Shown: positions 1 through 9,893, numbered from the stretch's first letter. The stretch: DNA of 64,000 nt from Gemmatimonadaceae bacterium (GCA_045803545.1 JBJMOW010000002.1:256001-320000); one strand, 5' to 3'. Notes: generated by a model from the sequence alone, not told the origin. A program made the numbers and translations.

Positions 1-961
1 CAGGCGCGAGTACGAGCTTGGCCTGTTCGTTATCGAAATAACAGTACGGCCACCCATAGTCGCCGCCCTGCTCAATTCGGAGGAGCTCTTCGGCCGGGAG
101 ATTCTGTCCCTGAGTGCTGTTGTAAAGTTTCGGCCAGTTGTCGTAGAGCTGATCGCGTCCGTGCTGAGTGGAGTAAAGCTGACCGCTCGGATCAAACGCG
201 ATTCCGACCGCGTTGCGAATTCCAGTCGCGTACCGCCCGGCCGACGAGAACCGCTGGTTGGTTTTGTTCGCATCGTATTTCCAGATGCCGGCGCGCGTGT
301 GCAACTCGGGGCAGCCCTGGCGTCCCGGCGAGTTCAAGGTGCGGTTTTGGACCTGACACGAATTCGTCGCCGATCCGACATCCATGAAGATGTTGCCGCT
401 GCCGTCGATGACGAACGGATGCATTGGATGGTCGCCGTTCGCCGGTAAACCATCTACGACGACCTGCTCGGCTGCTGTCGGCGTCATGCTATCGGTGGAG
501 ATCGCGTAACGCGCGATGCGTTTGCTCGCAGTGTCGCCTTCCTCTGCGTAGAGAGCGCCCTTATAAAAACCGATTCCAGTGCCGCCGCCATTGTGTTGGG
601 ACGCATCGGGACCAAACCGGCGGATTATGTCTGCCTTTCCATCGTTGTTGGTGTCACGCAGCGCAACGATGAACCCGCCCGGATGTGTCGGGCCCTGGAA
701 ATAAGGTCCGCTCCAGGTGTTGACGTATACGTCGCCATTGGAGTTGACGGCGATGTGCCGCACATGCCCTACAGTGTCAGCAAAGATCACCGCGCAAAAA
801 CCGGCGGGCAGGGTAATGCCACCGTTGTCAGTGGCGCACGCAGCATTGCTGGTTGCAGTCGAGGACGATGTCTGAGTGTCTGAGGACTGGCTGTTCTCAC
901 TCTTGCTGCAGGCAATAAACGCCAGCAGCGTGATGCTGCTGATCCAACGCGTGGCTTGCAT
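1..961 (-). CDS. Glucose/sorbosone dehydrogenase family lipoprotein (partial, runs off the window start)
   Basis: Not in the ORF track. Manual minus-strand translation from ATG 961 gives MQATRWISSITLLAFIAC (lipobox), ITLPAGFCAVIFAD and GDYGWPYCY. Confidence 0.85.
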   Translation of the reverse strand, partial: MQATRWISSITLLAFIACSKSENSQSSDTQTSSSTATSNAACATDNGGITLPAGFCAVIFADTVGHVRHIAVNSNGDVYVNTWSGPYFQGPTHPGGFIVALRDTNNDGKADIIRRFGPDASQHNGGGTGIGFYKGALYAEEGDTASKRIARYAISTDSMTPTAAEQVVVDGLPANGDHPMHPFVIDGSGNIFMDVGSATNSCQVQNRTLNSPGRQGCPELHTRAGIWKYDANKTNQRFSSAGRYATGIRNAVGIAFDPSGQLYSTQHGRDQLYDNWPKLYNSTQGQNLPAEELLRIEQGGDYGWPYCYFDNEQAKLVLAP

Positions 962-981
962 CCGGTTGCTCACGATAAAGG

Positions 982-1254
982 TTAGCGTCGAGACGGCACT
1001 CGGCGTCCACTCACTGGGCCGAGATCGATTGTGAGGGCAAGCACCAGTCCGACGATGGGCCAAAACGTCCAGTGGCCGCCAAACCAGTTATGGACTGCCG
1101 AGTACCACAGGAGTGTGGTCGGGAGAAATACGAAGCCGACGACCGGCCAGAGGATGTTGTCGAAGACACCGCGGAACCAGTGAGTAAAGAACCATAGCAA
1201 CGCGACGACTAGCCGCGGCGTCGCCAGAGCCAGCAGGGTCATGAAACATGGCAT
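982..1254 (-). CDS. Small integral membrane protein
   Basis: 90 aa hydrophobic ORF (PRLV..LLWF, GFVFLPTTLLWY), tightly packed behind the upstream genes. Confidence 0.75.
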   Translation of the reverse strand: MPCFMTLLALATPRLVVALLWFFTHWFRGVFDNILWPVVGFVFLPTTLLWYSAVHNWFGGHWTFWPIVGLVLALTIDLGPVSGRRVPSRR

Positions 1255-1257
1255 CGG

Positions 1258-1677
1258 TCAGGATCCCCCGCGCGAACTGCGCTTCGAAGTTGAGCTGGAC
1301 GATCTGAAAAACCCGGTTTCTCCCGCTTTCAGCCCGGCGACTGCCGGCCCTTCACCAACAGCGCTTTTTTCCGCATTGATCGTGCGAGGCGCTGCGACAA
1401 GAAAAACGGCCCACATTACAAGCGGCGGCAACGCCAACAAGAGCGCGACGGACAGTAATGAAGTCGAGCCTGAGTAAGTCGTGATTCCGTCCTGTATCAC
1501 GGTGGCGTTCAGGCGGCCATCACCGAATGCTGCGTTGACGTTCCCTTTGCCCGGACCTGCCTGGGTCACACGCCATATTGCGGAGATCGCCGGTGAAAGT
1601 CCGACGACGATCAATGCCAGCCAATAGGCCGACCAGGCTAGCAGAAGATTTCTAACGCGAAACGGTCGACGTTTCAC
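1258..1677 (-). CDS. Hypothetical two-TM membrane protein
   Basis: Two hydrophobic segments; overlaps the upstream gene; operon-like spacing. Confidence 0.7.
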   Translation of the reverse strand: MKRRPFRVRNLLLAWSAYWLALIVVGLSPAISAIWRVTQAGPGKGNVNAAFGDGRLNATVIQDGITTYSGSTSLLSVALLLALPPLVMWAVFLVAAPRTINAEKSAVGEGPAVAGLKAGETGFFRSSSSTSKRSSRGGS

Positions 1678-1927
1678 TTCGTTCGGCTAACAGTTTAGCT
1701 GAGAATCTCTGGGCTTCGGCGATGCGCTCGACCTCGACGGCGATGGCGTCAACCGACTGTTGTAACAGGTCGAAGCGTTCCTGAAATGCGAGTACGTTCG
1801 GTGTCTCGCGCGGTGTTGGCTTCTTTTGAATGCCGCGTATGAATGCGACGGTGATTGCGGAGAGGGCGCCCACCAATCCGACTATGATTACGGCGACAAC
1901 TGCAAAGTTTGCTACGTCAGGATCCAT
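1652..1927 (-). CDS. Single-TM coiled-coil protein (VDAIAVEVERIAEAQRF family), paralog of 41367-41666
   Basis: N-terminal TM helix plus LQQSVDAIAVEVERIAEAQRFSAKLL; GAGGA RBS. Confidence 0.8.
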   Translation of the reverse strand: MDPDVANFAVVAVIIVGLVGALSAITVAFIRGIQKKPTPRETPNVLAFQERFDLLQQSVDAIAVEVERIAEAQRFSAKLLAERSETSTVSR

Positions 1928-1956
1928 CTCATCCTCAAAAGGCGTTTCCTGAATAC

Positions 1957-1983
1957 TTACGCAACAGACACTCGATGGTTTCC
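1957..1983 (-). promoter_or_regulatory. ECF (SigW-like) promoter GGAAAC-N16-CGTAA
   Basis: Matches TGAAAC-N16-CGTA spacing, about 30 nt upstream of ATG 1927. Confidence 0.55.
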
Positions 1984-2009
1984 GCTTGTCGGGTCAAGTT
2001 AGTGGAATA

Positions 2010-3161
2010 ATGGCGAATCCGCGTGGGTACGATGTAATCGTCATTGGGCTTGGCGGGATGGGAAGCGCCACTCTCTTCCATCTCGCCCGTCGTGGTGTGC
2101 GCGTCCTCGGTCTGGAACAGTACGAGCCGCGCCACGATCGCGGTTCGTCGCATGGCGACAGCAGGATCATCCGCGAGACTTACTTCGAGCATCCGTTGTA
2201 CGTTCCGCTCGTTCGGCGCGCTCACGAGTTGTGGCGTGACCTGGAGACGGCGAGCGGCAAGTCGTTGATGACGATCAACGGCGGCTTGATGATCGGTCCG
2301 CGCGAAGGCAGCGTGGTGGTTGGCACGCTGACAAGCGCGCGCGAGCATGGATTGCCGCACGAAATTCTGTCGGCTGACGAAGTAAAAAAGAGGTATGCGC
2401 CTTTCGAAATCCCCGGTGATGAGATCGCGGTCTTCGATCCACGTGCGGGCTATATCGATCCAGAGAACTGCTCGCAGGCACATCGCGAGCTTGCTACGGC
2501 CGCCGGGGCAGAGAGTCGTTTCACGGAGCCAGTGGTTTCATGGAGCGCTAAGGGCGGGCGCGTCAAAGTCGTTACCCGAAGCGGCTCGTTCGAGGCGGAG
2601 AAGCTTCTCATCGCCGCTGGTTCCTGGACCAATTCGCTGGCGGCGGACGTCAGCATCCCGCTGGAGGTGGAGCGTCAGACAGTATTCTGGTTCGATCCAC
2701 CCGCGCCTCGCGTCGATTACGAATCTCGCCGCTTTCCGATCTACGCTTATGAGTTCAAGCCAGGCGTGATTTGCTACGGCTTTCCCGAGTTGGCGAAAGG
2801 CGTGAAGGCGTCGGTGATGCACGATGGGAAAATCGCGGCCGCGCCCGAAACTGTCGATCGAGTCGTTACGGAGACCGATGTTGCGCCGCTCCGAGCCGCG
2901 TTAAGCAAAGTGCTGCCATCTCTCGCTCGAGCTCCGGTGCGTGACTCGACGACCTGCATCTTCACCAACACGCCCGATCACGATTTCGTGATCGACTTCC
3001 ATCCAGCCTACCCCAACGTTCTGATCTCGTCGCCATGCTCCGGCCACGGCTTCAAGTTCGCGAGCGCGATCGGCGAGCTGCAAGCGGATCTGCTGACAAC
3101 GGGTAGATCGCGGTTCGATTTGACGCCGTTTCGGATTGGGCGATTTCGGACTGCGGACTGA
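2010..3161 (+). CDS. solA: N-methyl-L-tryptophan oxidase / monomeric sarcosine oxidase family
   Basis: GLGGMGS FAD motif, GSSHGDSRIIR, CSGHGFKF. Confidence 0.9.
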   Translation: MANPRGYDVIVIGLGGMGSATLFHLARRGVRVLGLEQYEPRHDRGSSHGDSRIIRETYFEHPLYVPLVRRAHELWRDLETASGKSLMTINGGLMIGPREGSVVVGTLTSAREHGLPHEILSADEVKKRYAPFEIPGDEIAVFDPRAGYIDPENCSQAHRELATAAGAESRFTEPVVSWSAKGGRVKVVTRSGSFEAEKLLIAAGSWTNSLAADVSIPLEVERQTVFWFDPPAPRVDYESRRFPIYAYEFKPGVICYGFPELAKGVKASVMHDGKIAAAPETVDRVVTETDVAPLRAALSKVLPSLARAPVRDSTTCIFTNTPDHDFVIDFHPAYPNVLISSPCSGHGFKFASAIGELQADLLTTGRSRFDLTPFRIGRFRTAD

Positions 3162-3356
3162 ACTGATAACTGCCGCGCTGGTAGCTGATAGCAGCTGGCT
3201 AATAGCTATTCGCTGCAAGCGACGGGACAGATCACGCTAGAATCAGAGGACAGGCGTTGTGTTCGCCTTTATGCCATGAGATCTGTCCCTTTGCAGGCAG
3301 CCTATAGCTATTAGCCTAGCTGCTATCAGCTACCAGCGAGGTAGTTGCAGTCCGAA
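3145..3356. repeat. Long imperfect inverted repeat between convergent genes
   Basis: Arms 3145-3233 and 3280-3356; perfect 21-bp core 3176-3196 / 3318-3338; built from TAGC-containing units of about 7 nt. Confidence 0.9.
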
Positions 3357-3360
3357 GTGG

Positions 3361-4218
3361 TTAGAAGTTCAACTTGCTGATGTAGTCATAGTCTCTCCTC
3401 ACGCTATCGATGGGCGCCGCCGGGTAGGTCTCCTGCTCGACGTAGAGGTGCTTCTGGTCGATGTTGTCGATCATCGCGAACAGGCGCCGGAAATTCACGA
3501 CGCCTTTGCCGAGCTCGACGTCGTGATCGGCGGGGATGCTCGGCGCGTCCTTGATGTGGAACAGCGAGTAACGCGGTCCGTATTTCTGCATGTACTCGAG
3601 CGGGTCCTTCCCCCCGACGGCGGCGTTGCCGGTGTCGAGCTGCAGTGCAACCACAGCCGGGTCGGCCCGCTGCACGAAAACATCGTACGGCGTTGTCCCA
3701 TTGATGTTGCGGAAGTCCCAGGCTTCATCATGGAAGCCGATGCGGATGTTGCTGCGCAGGGCTCGCGCGCCGGCTTCGTTGAACCGATCGGCCCAGCGCC
3801 GATAGTCATCGAGACCGAGCTTCTCGGCGTCGGGCAGGCTGGCCACGATCAGGTACTGATGCGCGAGGATTCGCGCCGCTTCGATCTGCGGCTCGAGGTT
3901 GTCGAAGATCCCCGGCTCGACGTGCGTCGACGGTGCAGCCAGACCGTTGCGATCGAGAATGGCGCGCAGCTGCGCGGGCGGCATCCCGAAGTTGTTCATC
4001 GAACTGAGCAACTCGACCTCCTTATAGCCGGCTCTCGCGATGTTGACGAGCGTGCCTTCGAGATCGCGGCGCGCATCATCACGCAGGGTGTAGAGTTGGA
4101 TTCCAACCTTCTTCAGCGTTCGTCCGCCGACCGCGCTACCGGCACCTGACGAAGCGCAGCCGACTTGCGCTCCGACTGCTGCGAGGCCGAGCGCTTTTAC
4201 GAATTCCCGACGTTTCAT
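3361..4218 (-). CDS. Sugar phosphate isomerase/epimerase (TIM barrel), Tat-exported
   Basis: MKRREFVK twin-Arg signal, GIQLYTLR, HIKD, YVEQE. Confidence 0.88.
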   Translation of the reverse strand: MKRREFVKALGLAAVGAQVGCASSGAGSAVGGRTLKKVGIQLYTLRDDARRDLEGTLVNIARAGYKEVELLSSMNNFGMPPAQLRAILDRNGLAAPSTHVEPGIFDNLEPQIEAARILAHQYLIVASLPDAEKLGLDDYRRWADRFNEAGARALRSNIRIGFHDEAWDFRNINGTTPYDVFVQRADPAVVALQLDTGNAAVGGKDPLEYMQKYGPRYSLFHIKDAPSIPADHDVELGKGVVNFRRLFAMIDNIDQKHLYVEQETYPAAPIDSVRRDYDYISKLNF

Positions 4219-4393
4219 TGCGTTTCTCCTAGGTTCTGGTGGGCGTCCAGGGCAAACCCTGTAGGGTTATTGAATCCGGAATACTTCGCGTCGCATCCTC
4301 TTCCTATCGGTTATGGCCAGGGCTTACGATATTCTCCGCCGGCGGGCACTCGCAAGACACCACCTAATCGCAGCCGAGGGCTGGGAGACCGGA

Positions 4394-5752
4394 ATGTCGA
4401 AAAGCAATTTCTCGCGACGTGAGTTCATCGAGATGAGCGCGGCAGCAGCGGGCGGCTCGATTGGCGCGCGGACGATTTTCCTGAAACCGGAGTCCGAGCC
4501 CGCACGGAAGAAAGTCGCGCCCAGCGATACGGTGCGGTTCGGGATCATCGGCGTCGGCATGGAGGGATCGGGCCTGCTGGGGACGTCGATTCAGCTGCCC
4601 GGGGTCGAATGCGCGGGCGCCGCCGATCTCTATGACGGTCGACATACGCTCGCGCGCGAGATCGTGCGACCGGACCTGCCCGTAACTCGTCGCTATCGCG
4701 ATCTGCTGGACAACAAGAACATTGACGCGATCGTTGCCGCCGTTCCGGATCACTGGCATCGACAGGTCGTCATCGACTCCGTCAACGCAGGTAAAGACAT
4801 CTACTGCGAAAAGCCGATGTCGCACACCGCCGCCGACGGCGTCGCAATGGTCGATGCTGCCAAGAAGACCAATCGCATCGTTCAGATAGGATCCCAGCGA
4901 GTCAGTTCACAAGTCTGCGCCAAGGCGAAGGAGATCATCGCCTCGGGCGTGCTCGGCGATCTGATGCTGGCCGAAGGGTGGATGGGGCGCAACGATCCGT
5001 GCGGTGCCTGGCAATACCCGCCGCCGCTCGACCTGTCGCCCGCCAATCTCGATTGGGACACCTGGCAGGGAGACGTGACTCCGAAGGTGCCGTTCAATCC
5101 GTTGATCTTCGCGCGCTGGCGTTGCTGGAAGGAATACGGCACTGGCGTCGCGGGTGACCTGCTGGTGCATCTCATCAGCGGCATGATGTTCATGATGGGC
5201 ATCAATCAGCCGGCTCGTTTTGCAGCTGCCGTCGGTGGAATTCGGCACTGGAAAGACGGCCGCAACATGCCCGATGTTCACTCGGTGGTCTATTACTTCG
5301 GCGATCTACCCGTCTATATGCGGCTAAATCTTGCCTGTGAAATGGGCGAGACATACCGCATTCAGGGCTCGCGCGGGCTGCTCGAGGTCAACGGCCAGAG
5401 CGTCAGCTTCACCCCGCAGCTTGGCGTCGACACCTATCCCTGCTACTACGAGGGGAGCTTCCCGCGTGCGATGCGCGAACAGTACGAGAAGCAATGGCAC
5501 GCGGAAAACGACGAGAAGTTTGCAAAGATGCCGGCGCAGGAATCGATGACTTATCGAATGGCGGACAATTACGACGATTATCGTCCGCACCTGGCGAATT
5601 TCTTCGACGCAGTACGTACGCGAAAACCCGTAGTGGAGGATGTCGTGTTCGGCCACAACGCCGCGCTCGCCTGTCACATGGCGAACGAATCGTACTTCAG
5701 AAAGACGTCGGTGGTGTGGGACACAGGATCGCGAACAATCAGGAACGGCTAG
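4394..5752 (+). CDS. Gfo/Idh/MocA family oxidoreductase, Tat-exported
   Basis: SRREFI signal, GIIGVGMEG, PDHWH, YCEKP; start placed at ATG 4394 after GGGAG. Confidence 0.9.
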   Translation: MSKSNFSRREFIEMSAAAAGGSIGARTIFLKPESEPARKKVAPSDTVRFGIIGVGMEGSGLLGTSIQLPGVECAGAADLYDGRHTLAREIVRPDLPVTRRYRDLLDNKNIDAIVAAVPDHWHRQVVIDSVNAGKDIYCEKPMSHTAADGVAMVDAAKKTNRIVQIGSQRVSSQVCAKAKEIIASGVLGDLMLAEGWMGRNDPCGAWQYPPPLDLSPANLDWDTWQGDVTPKVPFNPLIFARWRCWKEYGTGVAGDLLVHLISGMMFMMGINQPARFAAAVGGIRHWKDGRNMPDVHSVVYYFGDLPVYMRLNLACEMGETYRIQGSRGLLEVNGQSVSFTPQLGVDTYPCYYEGSFPRAMREQYEKQWHAENDEKFAKMPAQESMTYRMADNYDDYRPHLANFFDAVRTRKPVVEDVVFGHNAALACHMANESYFRKTSVVWDTGSRTIRNG

Positions 5753-6213
5753 CGAACGAAGATCTCACTCCGCTGTCTGAGGCCGGCCGCTTCCATCATC
5801 AAGTAGCGGTCGGTGATCTGCGCGAAAACCCGTGCGAGGATGGTGCCGAGGAAACCACTGTAGGTCACCGACAGCTCGACGTGACTTCCTTGACCTGAAC
5901 GCTGCACTCGATGGTTCGCGCTGGCGACGATCCCGGGGCGCCGCATTACCCAGGTAAAGCTCCGCGATGGATCGAGCGCGGTGACTTCCCACACTGCGGC
6001 CAGGAATTTCGGTTGCTTGATCCGTACGCGGCTGCCAATACGTAGGGGGCCGGTGTCGAGACGCTGGACCTCATCGACGCTTTCCGTCCACTCGGGCCAG
6101 AGCTCGACGGCTGTCATCACTTCCCAAACGCGGTCGGGCGGCGCATCGATCTTGAGCGCGATCTGAAAACGTCGTGGGTGGTCGAGCTCGACGCGGCGGT
6201 TGGTGCGGCTCAC
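5749..6213 (-). CDS. SRPBCC (START-like) family protein
   Basis: IDAPPDRVWEV..VELWPEW..SV; C-terminal EAAGLRQRSE helix. Confidence 0.82.
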   Translation of the reverse strand: MSRTNRRVELDHPRRFQIALKIDAPPDRVWEVMTAVELWPEWTESVDEVQRLDTGPLRIGSRVRIKQPKFLAAVWEVTALDPSRSFTWVMRRPGIVASANHRVQRSGQGSHVELSVTYSGFLGTILARVFAQITDRYLMMEAAGLRQRSEIFVR

Positions 6214-6231
6214 TGCTGCAGCGTCTAGGGT

Positions 6232-6465
6232 TTAGGCTCGCGCTCCCTCGTCCGACCGCCGCCCTCCCCGCTGCAGCAACCAGCCGAGTACGAACATCAC
6301 ACCACCGACGACTAGGAAGAAGGTCGCCACGGACATTTCAGTGGGGAATGAGCTGCGCCACATGCTGCTCGTGCGAGTAAAGATCGCAATGATCAGAATG
6401 GTGACGGCAAAGGAAAGAAAAATTCCGCCGACACCCATCAGTCCGGCTGAGAGGAATGATCGCAT
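6232..6465 (-). CDS. Small two-TM membrane protein
   Basis: 77 aa, two hydrophobic helices, fills the gap between same-strand genes. Confidence 0.6.
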   Translation of the reverse strand: MRSFLSAGLMGVGGIFLSFAVTILIIAIFTRTSSMWRSSFPTEMSVATFFLVVGGVMFVLGWLLQRGGRRSDEGARA

Positions 6466-6501
6466 TGATTGCGGGTTAGATCGCGCGAAAGTTAACCGGT
6501 T

Positions 6502-7449
6502 CTATCGAGCGGGAGTGATCACGATGTTCCTGTACTCGACTGGCCCATGATCGCCTTGCAGGTAAATCGGTCCCGGCGCACCCTCGTAACTGTCGATTGC
6601 ACCGCCGGTCGGGCCCGGAATCTCACGATTGCAGATCACTTGCTTCCCATTGGCGACGACCGTGATCATGCGACCAATCAGCGTGATGTCGTAAGTCTGC
6701 CACTGTCCAGCGGGGAGCGCCGCGATCTCTGTCGGCGCGAGGAATCCGTAGACGCCGCTGAAACGATGCGAGTCTGGCTCCTGTCCGTAATCATCCTCGA
6801 TCTGCACTTCGTGGCGTCCGCGCAGATAAACGCCGCTGTTGCTTCCCTTCGGATAACGGAATTCGACGTGAAGCTTGAAATCGCCAAAGGTTCTTACCGT
6901 TCGCAAATTGACTCCCGACTTCGGGCTCGTCAGCACACCGTTCCGGACGAACCACTGATTGGTGACGCCCATCGGTTGCCAGCCATTCAGATCGTTGCGG
7001 TTGAGAAGATTGATCGGCGTACTCCACACCGGCTCGCGACTACGCGCCATACGCGGCGCGCGCACGCCCTGCCATCTCATAATGCTGTTGTCCGGAAAAA
7101 TCATCGTGCCAACAAGGCGATTGCCCTGCAGGCGGAACGATACGCGGAGGTCGCCATCACCACCTTCCCACTGATGCGGCACCGCGAAGTGCAGTGAGTC
7201 GCCTTGCGCGATGATCTGCGTAATCGGACGTGCGCTGCCGACGATTCCCACAATCCTACCCACCAATGCATCTCGGCCCGATGAATCGATCTCGATCCAC
7301 GACGGCGCCGTTCCCTGCGGCGTTGTAATCGTGATATCCCAGCGGCCGATCAGTCTTACGTCGCGCACTGGCCTGGGAAGGCGGTTCGCCTGCGCCACTG
7401 CCGTGCTCGAGGTGAGAACGGCAAGCATCAAAGCAAAGCAACGAGTCAT
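6502..7449 (-). CDS. DUF1080 (3-keto-disaccharide hydrolase family) secreted protein with N-terminal extension
   Basis: Signal peptide; FGDFKLHVEF, SNSGVYLRG, EVQI, GPIYLQGDHGPVEYRNI. Confidence 0.88.
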   Translation of the reverse strand: MTRCFALMLAVLTSSTAVAQANRLPRPVRDVRLIGRWDITITTPQGTAPSWIEIDSSGRDALVGRIVGIVGSARPITQIIAQGDSLHFAVPHQWEGGDGDLRVSFRLQGNRLVGTMIFPDNSIMRWQGVRAPRMARSREPVWSTPINLLNRNDLNGWQPMGVTNQWFVRNGVLTSPKSGVNLRTVRTFGDFKLHVEFRYPKGSNSGVYLRGRHEVQIEDDYGQEPDSHRFSGVYGFLAPTEIAALPAGQWQTYDITLIGRMITVVANGKQVICNREIPGPTGGAIDSYEGAPGPIYLQGDHGPVEYRNIVITPAR

Positions 7450-7465
7450 CGAGTGTATCTCCGAA

Positions 7466-8167
7466 TCAAGCGTGGCCAGCCCACGACGGCTTGCCATCGT
7501 AGGGAATGCAAGGGTCATAGCGACCGGGAGCTTCGGTGTAGCGCTGTGCCTGCGTCATTCCGATCTCGGATGTGAAATAGCCGAGGAGCGCCAATTCCTT
7601 CATCATGCCGAAGTATTTGCTCGGCGGCGCCTCGGTGATCTGCGTCGCCTTCACGCCCTGGGGTGTCGGCGGGTTCTGCTGGCGCTCAGCGAGGAACTCG
7701 TCTGACTTTCTCCGGGCTTCTGCCTTCATCTTCTCGGAGTAGTCGTACTGCTGCTTGTCGAGCGTCTGCAGCATTTCCAGCCGTTGCTGCGCCGTCGCTT
7801 CCATGAAGGTCTTGCCGTATTTGTCCTTCATCGCGTCGTTCAGCTTGCCCATGCCCTCGCGGAAGACCTTGTCGTCGTCAGCGCTGTAGGTGTCTCTCAC
7901 CATCAGCGCCATGAAGGCGCCCGTCTGCGCTGCTTTTGCGCCCGGTGTAGTCGTCGTCGGCAGAATGGTGTCGGCGATTTCGTCGAGGTAGGCGACCTCA
8001 TCGTTGGTGAAATTCGCGCCCACCTTGTATTCACGTCGACACGCCGTGACGAATGCGCCGCTGCCAAGCACCGCGACGCCACCGATCAGCGTCGTGATGC
8101 GGAAGACAGCTTCGCGGCGCGATATCAATTCGGGCGTATCGATGATTGCGATGTCGTTATCAGTCAT
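7466..8167 (-). CDS. Gluconate 2-dehydrogenase subunit 3 family (Tat partner of GMC)
   Basis: SRREA, IADTILPTT.TPGAKAA, KELALLGYFTSEIG. Confidence 0.88.
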   Translation of the reverse strand: MTDNDIAIIDTPELISRREAVFRITTLIGGVAVLGSGAFVTACRREYKVGANFTNDEVAYLDEIADTILPTTTTPGAKAAQTGAFMALMVRDTYSADDDKVFREGMGKLNDAMKDKYGKTFMEATAQQRLEMLQTLDKQQYDYSEKMKAEARRKSDEFLAERQQNPPTPQGVKATQITEAPPSKYFGMMKELALLGYFTSEIGMTQAQRYTEAPGRYDPCIPYDGKPSWAGHA

Positions 8168-8179
8168 TGATCGCTCCAA

Positions 8180-9859
8180 TTAAAGATTCTGGCGCTTTAA
8201 CTCATTGACCGCGAAGTCTGCTGCGCGGGCAGTGAGTGCCATATAGGTAAGCGAAGGATTTACGCAGGCCGCCGACGTCATGCACGAGCCGTCGGTGACG
8301 AACACATTCGGGGCATCCCAGACCTGATTGTGCGGGTTCAGCACTGAGGTCTTCGGATCGCGGCCCATGCGTGCCGTTCCCATCTCGTGGATGCCCATGC
8401 CCGGGAAATACCCGCCGTCGTACACCATCACGTCTTTCACACCGCAGGCGTTGAGCAACTCCGCCATGTCGACCTGCATGTCGCGCCGCATCGTGTTCTC
8501 GTTCTCGCGGATCATGCAATCGATCGCGATGACCGGCATGCCCCACGCGTCTGTCTTCGATTTGTCGATAGAAACCGTGTTGCGGTGATCCGGCAGCATC
8601 TCTCCGAACGCCGTCGCGCCGATGCTCCATTGACCCGGCATGGCCATCGAGTCCTTGAAGGCGCCTCCGACGCCGAGCTCCGCGACCGCACGGCCCCAAT
8701 CTTCACGACCGGCCCCGCCCTGGTAGCCGAATCCGCGCAGATATTGCCGCTTGTCACCAAAGAGATTGCGGTAGCGGGGGATGTAGAAGCCGTTGGGACG
8801 GCGACCGAAGTAGTACTTGTCGTCGAGACCTTCGAGCTTGCCCTGTGCGCCGACGCGGAAGTGGTGATCCATCAGGTTGTGGCCGAGCTCGCCAGAGCTA
8901 CTGCCGAGTCCGCCGGGCCAGATATTGTTGGCGGAACGAAGCAACAGCCACGTCGAGTTGATCGTCGACGCACACAGGAAGATGATCTTCGCCTTGTAAT
9001 CGGTGACCTGCTTGCTCTGCGCATCCATCACGCGCACGCCGGTCGCGCGCTTCTTGTCCTTGTCATAGATGACTTCGCTGACGATCGCAAACGGCTTGAG
9101 GGTCAGATTGCCGGTTTTCGCCGCGTGAGGCAGCGTCGATGACTGTGAGCTGAAGTACGCACCATAAGGGCAGCCGAGCCAGCACGCGTTGCGATACTGA
9201 CACTGCGTCCGGCCATCATGCGCCTGCGTCAGATTCGCAGAGCGGCCGGGAATGATCCGGCGATGCGGTCCAAAAATCTTGTTCGCTTTGTCGGCGACCA
9301 TCTGCTCGCCACAGTTGAGCGGCATTGCCGGCAGGAACTGACCATCGGGGAGCTGCGGCATTCCCTCGTGCGAGCCGTTGATGCCGGCGTGTTTTTCGAC
9401 GTAATCGTACCACGGCGACATCTCAGCGTAACGGACCGGCCAGTCGACGGCGACACCTTCCCTGGCGTTCGCTTCGAAATCGAGATCACTGTGGCGATAG
9501 CTCTGGCGTCCCCACATCAATGAGCGTCCGCCAACGTGATAGCCGCGGTACCAGTCGAAGCGCTTTACCTCGGTGTAAGGCGAATCCCTGTCGGATGCCC
9601 AATAGTCGAGATTGGTCTCGTTGAGCGGATAGTCGCGCTTGAGAACCGGATACTCCTCTTCCATCGCGCGGGTACGCCCGCCGCGATGCGGATACTGCCA
9701 CGGCGCTTTGGTCGCGTTTACGTAGCCCGTGATGTGTTCGATGTTCTTGCCTCGCTCGAGGCAGAGAACTTTAAGGCCTTTTTCCGTGAGCTCCTTACAG
9801 GCCCAGCCGCCGGAGATTCCGGACCCCACCACGATCGCATCGTACTCTGTGTTCTGCAT
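8180..9859 (-). CDS. GMC family oxidoreductase (glycoside 3-dehydrogenase-like)
   Basis: GSGISGGW, Cys cluster CQYRNAC..GCP, IHEMGTARMG, NPSLTYMAL. Confidence 0.92.
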   Translation of the reverse strand: MQNTEYDAIVVGSGISGGWACKELTEKGLKVLCLERGKNIEHITGYVNATKAPWQYPHRGGRTRAMEEEYPVLKRDYPLNETNLDYWASDRDSPYTEVKRFDWYRGYHVGGRSLMWGRQSYRHSDLDFEANAREGVAVDWPVRYAEMSPWYDYVEKHAGINGSHEGMPQLPDGQFLPAMPLNCGEQMVADKANKIFGPHRRIIPGRSANLTQAHDGRTQCQYRNACWLGCPYGAYFSSQSSTLPHAAKTGNLTLKPFAIVSEVIYDKDKKRATGVRVMDAQSKQVTDYKAKIIFLCASTINSTWLLLRSANNIWPGGLGSSSGELGHNLMDHHFRVGAQGKLEGLDDKYYFGRRPNGFYIPRYRNLFGDKRQYLRGFGYQGGAGREDWGRAVAELGVGGAFKDSMAMPGQWSIGATAFGEMLPDHRNTVSIDKSKTDAWGMPVIAIDCMIRENENTMRRDMQVDMAELLNACGVKDVMVYDGGYFPGMGIHEMGTARMGRDPKTSVLNPHNQVWDAPNVFVTDGSCMTSAACVNPSLTYMALTARAADFAVNELKRQNL

Positions 9860-9893
9860 CAGCGCCTCTATGTAATGCGGAGTGCACGTGGAA

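Noticed and set aside
161..883. Plus-strand ORFs at the window start
   Set aside because: They lie antisense to the sorbosone-dehydrogenase-like gene that the ORF track missed.
4248..4280. GGCAAACC suggesting a c-di-GMP-I riboswitch, plus palindrome AACCCT-GT-AGGGTT
   Set aside because: The downstream GNRA-loop stem and GACGCAAA elements are absent; the palindrome alone is too short to call.
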